Shown one piece after another: positions 56,669-64,000 of a stretch of DNA of 64,000 nucleotides. The DNA is taken from positions 1-64,000 of the IMG/VR virus record IMGVR_UViG_3300021957_000009; one strand, written 5' to 3'. The notes beneath the pieces are model-generated. The model made no database searches, had not been told where the DNA came from, and worked only from the letters and a program-made list of their open reading frames with translations. Within the stretch, counting starts at the first letter, position 1. Each line of letters starts with the position of its first letter. Made by a program: the position numbers and the translations under genes. The stretch comes from a virus.

Positions 56669-57120
56669 TATTTACCCTTAATAGTCCTTACAACTTTACT
56701 TAATATCATTTTAACAGCAGTGTAGTATGCAAATCCATGACCCCATACTATATGAAATGTGTGGTTCTTTTCAATTGCTGATTTACCGCCAAACTTCTTA
56801 GTCCAGTTATCTACGTATTCGCCTTTATATCTCAATACCGCGTGTGATACTTTCCACTTACTAGGACCTACTAAGCATATACCGGCTTGATGCGTCAATA
56901 ACATCCACCACATTTTAAGATGGCTTTCACCGCATAATCTATAGAGAATAGAAAGAGAATAGTCTTCACAATCGCCTACAAGCTTTCCTTCAGCGTCTTC
57001 TGAGTAAATAATTTTCCATGCATCAGCCATACCGTATTGTTCTTTATCGTATCGATATTTCCACTTACTGTTAAATGATGATACAATTTTATCCCTCGCT
57101 TTTACTTCTTCTCTATTCAT
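56668..57120 (-). CDS. Transglutaminase-like cysteine protease
   Basis: Y..D.EQYG..D.W; GDCEDY; HAVL; VDN (Cys-His-Asp triad pattern of BTLCP/C93-like proteins). Confidence 0.75.
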   Translation of the reverse strand: MNREEVKARDKIVSSFNSKWKYRYDKEQYGMADAWKIIYSEDAEGKLVGDCEDYSLSILYRLCGESHLKMWWMLLTHQAGICLVGPSKWKVSHAVLRYKGEYVDNWTKKFGGKSAIEKNHTFHIVWGHGFAYYTAVKMILSKVVRTIKGK

Positions 57121-57608
57121 TTAACACCTCTTAATTTTTTTATACCTTTCTCTACCTCTTTATATGCTGAATCTAATTCTTTTTTTGCTTGAGCGATCTT
57201 GGCTTTGTTTAATGCTTTTTCATCAGCAGAAATTTCACCCAGTCTTTTACGTTCAGCTTCAATTCTTGATCTTGCGTCAAACAAATCTTCTTTAGACATT
57301 CTCAATTGAGTTAATCTATCTGCCTTTTTTATAGCTTTAGCTCTTTTACGATCTGCTACCGCTTGCTTAGAAAAATATTGTTGTAGTCCTTTACCACCTT
57401 TAACCGCACCTTTAGCACCAAGCTTAGCTACTATAGATCCATATTTAAATAGACCTTTTGTTGCTTTAATGCCTTGATCAACTACAAAATTAAGTGCTGA
57501 ATCTGCGGCACCTTCATTCATATCTAATTGCATATTAGCTTCATGCAATGGCATGTCACATATTTCTTCTAGTGTCTTGGCTTCTACGTGTTCAGCAAAT
57601 GTTCTCAT
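57117..57608 (-). CDS. Putative internal head protein, helical
   Basis: ATG 57608 gives MRTFAEHVEA; LEE/LHE/MNE sites; coiled-coil C-terminus. Confidence 0.6.
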   Translation of the reverse strand: MRTFAEHVEAKTLEEICDMPLHEANMQLDMNEGAADSALNFVVDQGIKATKGLFKYGSIVAKLGAKGAVKGGKGLQQYFSKQAVADRKRAKAIKKADRLTQLRMSKEDLFDARSRIEAERKRLGEISADEKALNKAKIAQAKKELDSAYKEVEKGIKKLRGVK

Positions 57609-58279
57609 TTTTGTCCTTTTATCCATTTTACAGCAATGGAATTTTCTGGGGCTTTAGCAGCCCAGGTTTTTATATCTTTATACGCTTCTAATGTTGAGGC
57701 TTCTATATCAGAACCTTTAGAATTATCAATAACAATCATGCGGTTACGAAAAAGGCCTTGAAACTTACCTATATTCTTTTGTACATCTTTCCACATTTTT
57801 GTTACTAAACTATCTTCTAGAGAACGTGGTCTCATTCTGTTTCTTTCCAATGCTGTATCCAAATCAGTGTTAACAAATAACATATGTACAGCATAACCAA
57901 GTGTTCTTAACAGATCAACTTGCTTTTTAATTTTAGCATAATCTTTACCAGTACCATCAACAACAATGCCCATTCTACCTTCTAAAGCTCTAGTCATAAT
58001 TTTACCAGTTAGAACTTTCGCTTTCGCTCTTACTGCTTGGCCCTGTGCAGATGCAATGTCATCAGCATCAGTAGTTAATCCAGCCCTTTTTAATCCTTTT
58101 TCAAAAGCATCATCAGAGTTAATTAATCTAAATCCTAATGCTTGTAAGGCAGTTTTACCTACAACAAATGATTTACCAGAACCTGGTCCACCTGCTAGGA
58201 ATACTGCTTTAAAAATAGAAGGATCATTTACACCTTCCATAAGTTCTAAATGTTCTTTAAAATTATCCACCGAATTCAT
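57605..58279 (-). CDS. P-loop kinase (zeta-toxin/AAA_33/polynucleotide-kinase-like)
   Basis: FKAVFLAGGPGSGKS; INSD..FE; IVVDGT; FV.T.L.TAL.RN..R.R lid; leader NFKEHLELMEG. Confidence 0.85.
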   Translation of the reverse strand: MNSVDNFKEHLELMEGVNDPSIFKAVFLAGGPGSGKSFVVGKTALQALGFRLINSDDAFEKGLKRAGLTTDADDIASAQGQAVRAKAKVLTGKIMTRALEGRMGIVVDGTGKDYAKIKKQVDLLRTLGYAVHMLFVNTDLDTALERNRMRPRSLEDSLVTKMWKDVQKNIGKFQGLFRNRMIVIDNSKGSDIEASTLEAYKDIKTWAAKAPENSIAVKWIKGQK

Positions 58280-58952
58280 GTCCTGCGACTCTCTTCATTT
58301 GCTTTTTAAATTCAGCAAAATCTGGTTTACTTTTGTAAAGTTTAATAGATATCTCATCTCTATCTTTACCCTTAATTCTCCACTTATAACCTTTATCTAA
58401 ATGTTCTGGCTTTGTGGTCTTTACTACTCTACGCTTAAATCCATCTTCCCAAGGCTCACTCTTACCTGTACCTTCTTCTAACTCTTCTTTCTTAGTTGTT
58501 AGTTTTTTACCTATAGACTTAATATCTAGAGATTTTAATTTTAATTTTTTACCACTACTCATTTTTAGTGCTTTAGCATAAATTTCTTTTGCTTTAGACT
58601 TATTCTTAACTGCTAAAACGCTTATCAATATAGTGCCTAGTGTTACAGTTCCTACAGCAACCGCTTTACTAAATATTAAAGTTGCAGTCTTGGCCGATAT
58701 CTCAACGCCTATCCATTTACCAACATCCATAATTAAACCAATACCGTATCTTTGTAGTTCAATTATTGCGTTTAAATCATATTTTTTTGCAATATTATAA
58801 ATTACGGTTCCTTTTATAAAACCCTTCATACTCAAAGGAGGTCCAGCTAGCTTTGCTATTTCCTTACCAATCTTTAAAGCGACAGGTAAAATAAAGTTAT
58901 AGGCCTCATCCAGATCCTGTTCATATAAAGAATGTTCCGCAAAAGTTTTCAT
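58263..58952 (-). CDS. Putative internal head polyprotein (two modules)
   Basis: Starts MKTFAEHSLYEQDLDEA; a second module begins after ELEE (WE.G.KRRVVKTTKPEH). Confidence 0.6.
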   Translation of the reverse strand: MKTFAEHSLYEQDLDEAYNFILPVALKIGKEIAKLAGPPLSMKGFIKGTVIYNIAKKYDLNAIIELQRYGIGLIMDVGKWIGVEISAKTATLIFSKAVAVGTVTLGTILISVLAVKNKSKAKEIYAKALKMSSGKKLKLKSLDIKSIGKKLTTKKEELEEGTGKSEPWEDGFKRRVVKTTKPEHLDKGYKWRIKGKDRDEISIKLYKSKPDFAEFKKQMKRVAGHEFGG

Positions 58953-59296
58953 TTCTTTAAGTCGTACCTAAATGATTTGCCTTTAGCTTGGCCGTCTTTA
59001 GTAACTTTAAACCTACCAATACGAGCTAGGTTATTTACGGTTTCAAGATTTCCCTTCTTCATTTGCTTTTCTAATTCAGGCTTTACTTTCTTCCATATAG
59101 TTTCTAATATATCTTTATCAGACATAACAAGCGGGGCTTCACTTAAGTTATCTTCATTCTGAAGCCTATAAGCTTTTTGCTTAACTCTAAAGGCCATCTT
59201 TTTCTTTAACTGATCTTGTGACAGTTTTTTCTTTTTGGCATTAGAAACGGTCTGCTTAGCAGATTTTTTTGCTTCTTGAATGTCTGAAAATTTCAT
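58949..59296 (-). CDS. Putative internal head protein, basic
   Basis: Starts MKFSDIQEA; internal LSEA. Confidence 0.6.
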   Translation of the reverse strand: MKFSDIQEAKKSAKQTVSNAKKKKLSQDQLKKKMAFRVKQKAYRLQNEDNLSEAPLVMSDKDILETIWKKVKPELEKQMKKGNLETVNNLARIGRFKVTKDGQAKGKSFRYDLKK

Positions 59297-59297
59297 A

Positions 59298-59822
59298 TTA
59301 ATCCCTTGGTGTAGGCTTAGCTAATATAGATCTAGCTTTTGATTTATCGTTTTTAAGTAAAGTTGCTGCATCTTGTAAATATCCTTCGGTCTCTCCGTAC
59401 TTAAGTTTTCTCCAAGATTTACCATCTTCATGTGCAAGGTATTTGGCTATTCTTAATCCGTCAAAGGCACCACCGTCATTAGCAGTATATCTTCCTTCCC
59501 TGAGTTTACCACTAGCAAGGTCATCAAGGTTTTTATCTAACCAATTAATAAATTCGTCTTCTTCTTTTCCACGAATCTCACCAGCATCTACTGCCCAACG
59601 CTCTAGTTCACGCGTTGCTTTATTAGATAATTCTAATTGACCTGTTTTTACTGCCTTTTGAAGTTCTTTTTTATACTTACGAGCTATGTCTTGAATTTTC
59701 TTAGCTTCTTCAACTGTTTCTTCAGGTACACAGTTTGGAACGTCTTTTCCGCCCTTCTTTTTCGTACCTACTTGCTTATACCCTTTCCAACAAGCCTCTC
59801 TAACATCTTTAAATGTTTTCAT
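59298..59822 (-). CDS. Putative internal head polyprotein
   Basis: Starts MKTFKDVREA; CWKGY...G.K.K.GK.VPNCVP module; VEEA and LREG junctions. Confidence 0.65.
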   Translation of the reverse strand: MKTFKDVREACWKGYKQVGTKKKGGKDVPNCVPEETVEEAKKIQDIARKYKKELQKAVKTGQLELSNKATRELERWAVDAGEIRGKEEDEFINWLDKNLDDLASGKLREGRYTANDGGAFDGLRIAKYLAHEDGKSWRKLKYGETEGYLQDAATLLKNDKSKARSILAKPTPRD

Positions 59823-60073
59823 TTTACTCTTTTTCCCTTTTTCAAGACAGCCATTGCATCTCTCTTATCCATTGCCATACTATTTTTATCTACTAGCCAC
59901 GCTAAAAGATCTTTGACATTTCCTGACACTTTAATAGTAGCATTTTTTCTGTCCCATCGATCTAGGTAAACACCGACATCTTGGAAATCGCCTTGATATT
60001 CCCTAGGATCATCCATGTCCCAATTAACTTCTATCTGCTTATTTGCTTCTCTTATTTCTTGAAATGTTTTCAC
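59819..60073 (-). CDS. Putative internal head protein
   Basis: Starts (GTG) MKTFQEIREA. Confidence 0.65.
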   Translation of the reverse strand: MKTFQEIREANKQIEVNWDMDDPREYQGDFQDVGVYLDRWDRKNATIKVSGNVKDLLAWLVDKNSMAMDKRDAMAVLKKGKRVK

Positions 60074-60074
60074 T

Positions 60075-60488
60075 TTACTTTTTTTCCTTAGACATCATTG
60101 CTGCTATCTTCATCAAAGTTTCTTTATCCTTATCTGAAATTTTATCTAATTGTTTTTTCTTGGCAATAGCTTCTAACGACTTTGCCCATGAAGCTGAAGA
60201 TTCTTCAACAGACTCTTTCTTAACCGCCTTTGAACTATTTTTGTTAATGAAATCAGCTGATTTATTTTGAGCACCACGATCGCCACCTCTAGCATATCCA
60301 TCTAAATATGCTTGAGCATGAGCTTCGGCGTGCTTAGGTGATTTCCAGCCAACTGATCCAAGGTACATCACTTTACCAGTTTTTTTGTTTTTAACTTCAG
60401 CTCGATAACCGCCGAATTTAGACTTTTCTGACCCTACAACATATTCTGCTGGATCAAATCTCTCTCTTAATTCTGTAAATTTTTTCAT
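60075..60488 (-). CDS. Putative internal head protein
   Basis: Starts MKKFTELRE; internal VEES followed by the ISDKDKETLMKIA module. Confidence 0.6.
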   Translation of the reverse strand: MKKFTELRERFDPAEYVVGSEKSKFGGYRAEVKNKKTGKVMYLGSVGWKSPKHAEAHAQAYLDGYARGGDRGAQNKSADFINKNSSKAVKKESVEESSASWAKSLEAIAKKKQLDKISDKDKETLMKIAAMMSKEKK

Positions 60489-60489
60489 T

Positions 60490-61671
60490 TTATCCCCTTA
60501 CTTTAGCAGCTAGGTCTTTATCAGCCCCGCCCCATGTTCCTTTTGATTTTGTTGCGAATGAATTAACTCGCGCTAATCCCCATTGAGTCGGATTTGTTCC
60601 TGGTCTATGGCTTGAACTCCAAGCCGCATATCCTCTATCAAATACCTTTTTTAATATACCATAAGGCATACCTGTTTTATCGGCCTTTTTCATAAGTGCC
60701 GCCTTTGCATCGGCTTCTTCTAATGATTGTGAGAAGCTTTTCATTTCACCAAACTTCTTTTTAAAATCTTTTGTGTGATCACTTTCTGGAGCATTTGGTC
60801 TTGGCTTATTGTGTGCTGCTTTTTCTTTTGCATTCATATCAGAATATTTCTTCTCTTCTAAATGCTCAACATCATCAAGCCAAACTCTTTTCTTCCAATC
60901 TCCAAACTCGACTACTAAAAAGTTAGTGCCGCATCTTTGTATAACACCAACTTGATTTGTTTCTTTAAGAACAACTTCGTCACCCTGTTTAAATAGATTG
61001 CCTTTAACAAACTTTTCTCTTTTCTCAGAGACCTTTTCTAATTCAATATGCTTACGTACTGATTCTTTTTTAAGACCCATGCCTTTACGTAATGCATAAT
61101 ATAATTTTTGTATACCATCTCCTGGTATTTCTAAAGAGTTATCAGCAAATCCTTGTAAATCACCAGATGCAACAAAGGCTCTTAGTTTAGATGCTGACAT
61201 ACCTGAAACACCTTCTGCATCAGGATCACGTTCTCCGGCCGAAATAACTTTGATTCCATCTTCGAAATTATAAAAACCATGACGAGCTTTTTGGCCATTA
61301 TACTTATTTAACAATGTCTCAAATTCTTTAACTCGATCACTACCAGCAACCATAGAAACTTTAGTATATCCTTGATCATACAATTTTACTGCAATATCAA
61401 TTACTGTTCTAACATCGGCATCTGCCATAATATTTCGAGCATGCTTAGGAAACATTTTACGCATAAACTTAATTTTTTCTTTAAACGTAAGAGGATTCTT
61501 TTTAGCATCTTGCGACTTAGACGCGTATATACGATATGAACCGCCTGAAACTTTTTTAAGTTTTTCAAAAAGCTTTTCATGGCCGGTAGTAGGAGGATTA
61601 AATCTACCAAAGACAAAGGTCATTTCACCCTTTGCTTCAGTCAGATAATCACTGAAACTTTTAAACTGCAT
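60490..61671 (-). CDS. HIGH-superfamily nucleotidyltransferase (cytidyltransferase-like) with C-terminal accessory domains
   Basis: FVFGRFNPPTTGHEKL; KNPL; VAGSDRV; SAGERDPD...GMSASKLR; C-terminal RG.AAW...HRPG....QW..ARVNSF domain. Confidence 0.85.
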   Translation of the reverse strand: MQFKSFSDYLTEAKGEMTFVFGRFNPPTTGHEKLFEKLKKVSGGSYRIYASKSQDAKKNPLTFKEKIKFMRKMFPKHARNIMADADVRTVIDIAVKLYDQGYTKVSMVAGSDRVKEFETLLNKYNGQKARHGFYNFEDGIKVISAGERDPDAEGVSGMSASKLRAFVASGDLQGFADNSLEIPGDGIQKLYYALRKGMGLKKESVRKHIELEKVSEKREKFVKGNLFKQGDEVVLKETNQVGVIQRCGTNFLVVEFGDWKKRVWLDDVEHLEEKKYSDMNAKEKAAHNKPRPNAPESDHTKDFKKKFGEMKSFSQSLEEADAKAALMKKADKTGMPYGILKKVFDRGYAAWSSSHRPGTNPTQWGLARVNSFATKSKGTWGGADKDLAAKVRG

Positions 61672-62054
61672 TATTCACCGCCCTTGCTTTTCAATTTTGC
61701 TCTATCTTTCTTTTTAATTCCAGGAAGAAGCTTCTTGGCTATTTTTGCAATCGCGCCTTTTTTGTTGGCTAGTTTCTTTTCTATACCGGCACGTGCGGAA
61801 AATGATAGGTCACTTTTCTTTTTATTTTTGAGGAGTTTTTTAATGAGTAATTCTCTAGCAGCCTTATTTGCTCTAGATTTTAACTTTTCCGGGGATGCTA
61901 ACTTCTTGGCTGCTTTCTTTTTGCCAAGTGCGATTTTAGCTTTGTTTTTTCGAAATGCAGCTTTCATCTTCATACGATGTTGAAGTGACATGGCTTCTGA
62001 AAAGTCTACGCTTTCTTCAGATATGTCTGCATTGTGTTCTTTGAACGATTTCAT
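61671..62054 (-). CDS. Very basic putative internal head protein
   Basis: ATG 62054 after GAGGA gives MKSFKEH...ISEE..FSEA, followed by K/A/R-rich helices. Confidence 0.65.
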   Translation of the reverse strand: MKSFKEHNADISEESVDFSEAMSLQHRMKMKAAFRKNKAKIALGKKKAAKKLASPEKLKSRANKAARELLIKKLLKNKKKSDLSFSARAGIEKKLANKKGAIAKIAKKLLPGIKKKDRAKLKSKGGE

Positions 62055-62072
62055 CTTATCCTCGGTTCCCAT

Positions 62073-63314
62073 TTAGTTAGGATTATCCCAACCTTTAATT
62101 ATATCTTTGCTAAAGTTGTTAGTAGAAAATTCTAATCTATCAACAAGCTTAACAGCTCCACCTTCCATACGATCTATAGCAACAAAACCTTCGGGGTTGG
62201 TTACTTTAAATCCGGACTTAGTCTTTACAAACGTACTAATTTTATTTAGTTTGTTTAGTTTATTTATAATAATTAATTTGCTATCTGTTACTAAATTATG
62301 TAAATCGAACACATTTTGTAGGTTTTTTATATTAGATTTGTCAAAAAATGCGAGTAATTGATCTCTTTTAGCTATCTGAACATCTTTACCCTTTTGACTG
62401 CTTCTCTTGTCAATTTCTTTTTGATACCGTGCATTTACCCACATTACTAAACCTGTTGCATGTTTCTTAGTATCAGTAATGCGTTGTCCGTCCCTTACTT
62501 TACTATTGTTATAAACATTAATCATAAGATTTAGTTCTTTATTAGATTCTATTTCTTTAAGAGTTGAAGCTGATATTTTTCGAAATAGTTTACCAGCATC
62601 AGAAAGCTTTTTATTTAGTGCATCTGTTTCTGACTTGGTTAGTGTTGCGGTTCCTGATAGATCATCTAATGTTGCATCTTGCATCCATACATCTTTAGAA
62701 GATCTAAGCTTGGTGACAATTTCTCTACCAAACTCAGCTCTCATCGTTTCGAACGTTGCTCCTGAGTAGGTTGTATGCCAAACAATTCCGATCTTAGCTG
62801 ATCCAATCGTCTTAGCGAGAGCACTACCAGTAGGTACTGCGTAAGCGATAGTGTTAGGATGAAACACAATATGACTAACTCCATTTATATTCTCCTTTTT
62901 AAGGTCCGACTTATCAAACATAAAGTCGCCTTGTATAACACCTTTAATTCCTAAAGGCTTAAGATAATCATATGCCATTTTTAATTTTTTAGATAGATCT
63001 CCACTTGTATCAGCATCTATATCTGCGTGTGATTTATATACTTTTGGGTCGGCATTAAATATGCCTTTTTTTGCTACGAAGAATTGACCATCACGTGGAT
63101 CTTCTCCTGCAAATACGGCGGGGGCACCGTCCCACTTTACGGTTACGTCTACTGCAGCTTTCGTATTACCGGATAACATATCTCGCAACGACCTGAGTGC
63201 GATGATAGCTTGGCGCGCCCCCTTAACTCCGCCGTCAATGATAAGATCCTCGATATGAATCATATGAGTGTTCTTTCCTGCGGCTTCTGATAATTGATTT
63301 TTAAATGATTTCAT
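62073..63314 (-). CDS. Conserved T4-like protein with ligase-type nucleotidyltransferase motifs
   Basis: Starts MKSFKNQLSEA; TVKWDGAP (motif I KxDG), IQGDFMF (III-like), PEGFVA (IV), AVKLVDR (V). Confidence 0.65.
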   Translation of the reverse strand: MKSFKNQLSEAAGKNTHMIHIEDLIIDGGVKGARQAIIALRSLRDMLSGNTKAAVDVTVKWDGAPAVFAGEDPRDGQFFVAKKGIFNADPKVYKSHADIDADTSGDLSKKLKMAYDYLKPLGIKGVIQGDFMFDKSDLKKENINGVSHIVFHPNTIAYAVPTGSALAKTIGSAKIGIVWHTTYSGATFETMRAEFGREIVTKLRSSKDVWMQDATLDDLSGTATLTKSETDALNKKLSDAGKLFRKISASTLKEIESNKELNLMINVYNNSKVRDGQRITDTKKHATGLVMWVNARYQKEIDKRSSQKGKDVQIAKRDQLLAFFDKSNIKNLQNVFDLHNLVTDSKLIIINKLNKLNKISTFVKTKSGFKVTNPEGFVAIDRMEGGAVKLVDRLEFSTNNFSKDIIKGWDNPN

Positions 63315-64000
63315 TTTAAGTACTCGTCGTAGTCTTCTGGATCGATACCAGCAAATGATACTGCACCACTTACTGCTCTTTTTTCACCTTCTTTTACACC
63401 GAAGGTTACAATAGTTTTTCCGGTGGGCCCTTTAATATTTAAAGTGACTCTTCCTTTTGGATTTTCTAATGTAATATTATCCATATCCAAGTCCGGATGT
63501 TTAGCTATAATTTGGCTTTTCTTTTCTGTTGTAATTGCCATTAACATTTTTGTTTCTTTATCGTTAAAACCCATAATGTTTAAAATGTTTGTAGAAAACT
63601 CTTTAGTTTTAGAATATGGTTTTAGTACTTCATACACAATAGCAGCAACTCTAGGATTTATCGGCTCTCGTGCAGCCTTTCTTTCTGTTTCAATTTGCTT
63701 TTGATCTAGTGCTTCTATTTGAGAGTCGGTCAAACCGCGCAAGCTTTTTAATCTGTTTGTGGCTTTTTCATCGCCTCGGAGGTGTTGCTTATGATCTTGT
63801 TTAATTTTATTAAGATCATTTGCTTTTTGGACTAGTTGGTTTAATTCAGAATCTCTTTTATAAACCGAATCAAATTCTTTAGCAGCTTTGTCACCAACCA
63901 GGTGATCGCACAATCCTCTCGCTGTTGTATTTGCTAAGCCAACTGATTTAGATGAATAGAGTTTTAGTGAATAACCATCAAGAATTTGTTTACCTTCTTT
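63311..64000 (-). CDS. Hypothetical protein, 5' end truncated (possible PD-(D/E)XK-like nuclease)
   Basis: The frame stays open to 64000 (KEGKQILDGYSLKLY...), so the ORF-track start at 63913 is not real. The SLK motif only weakly suggests a nuclease. Confidence 0.6.
   Translation of the reverse strand, partial: KEGKQILDGYSLKLYSSKSVGLANTTARGLCDHLVGDKAAKEFDSVYKRDSELNQLVQKANDLNKIKQDHKQHLRGDEKATNRLKSLRGLTDSQIEALDQKQIETERKAAREPINPRVAAIVYEVLKPYSKTKEFSTNILNIMGFNDKETKMLMAITTEKKSQIIAKHPDLDMDNITLENPKGRVTLNIKGPTGKTIVTFGVKEGEKRAVSGAVSFAGIDPEDYDEYLK

Noticed and set aside
57605-58279. Zeta toxin of a toxin-antitoxin module
   Set aside because: No epsilon-like antitoxin is recognisable, and the context is a phage late/cargo array, so only a generic P-loop kinase call is supported.
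5063-63704. Many ORF-track entries antisense to or nested in recognisable genes (e.g. 7224-7886, 15207-15860, 20931-21461, 22960-23832, 57966-58400)
   Set aside because: They lie fully opposite well-supported genes, have no RBS or motifs, and are explained by codon bias.
1-64000. Alternative genetic code or stop-codon reassignment
   Set aside because: Core genes are full length in the standard code, and TAA, TAG and TGA all occur as genuine stops.

Overview
This is a 64-kb segment of an AT-rich, T4-like (myovirus) bacteriophage genome, probably of a marine Gram-negative host. Most genes are on the minus strand. Left to right it contains: a truncated repeat-rich tail fibre and the baseplate/tail module (DUF4815-type protein, gp8, gp7, gp6, gp25, gp5, hub, gp53, gp48, then plus-strand gp4, gp2, gp54-like, gp26/gp51, tape measure); gp32/gp59/gp33; small early genes, several with their own TGTACA/TTTAC-N17-TATAAT promoter; an accessory operon with CsgF, CsgG, two curlin-like secreted proteins, a FecR-domain protein and a CHASE2 class III adenylate cyclase, downstream of a lysozyme; nucleotide/DNA metabolism genes (HAD phosphatase, exonuclease, PhoH, DenV-like, RNase H, class II aldolase, GIY-YIG, glutaredoxin, nrdB, nrdA); a lipase and a spanin pair; and an 11-kb array of genes whose products mostly begin with a T4 capsid-targeting-like MK(T/S)F..E leader, including a ligase-fold protein, a HIGH-type nucleotidyltransferase and a P-loop kinase. 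Best leads: (1) a phage-encoded curli-pore/FecR/CHASE2-cyclase trans-envelope signalling system; (2) a possible virion-packaged enzyme kit; (3) a probable -1 frameshift fusing gp26 to gp51; (4) a hairpin RNA whose loop is complementary to the RBS of early phage genes. No tRNA, rRNA or CRISPR array was seen. All family calls come from motif recognition by eye, not from database searches.
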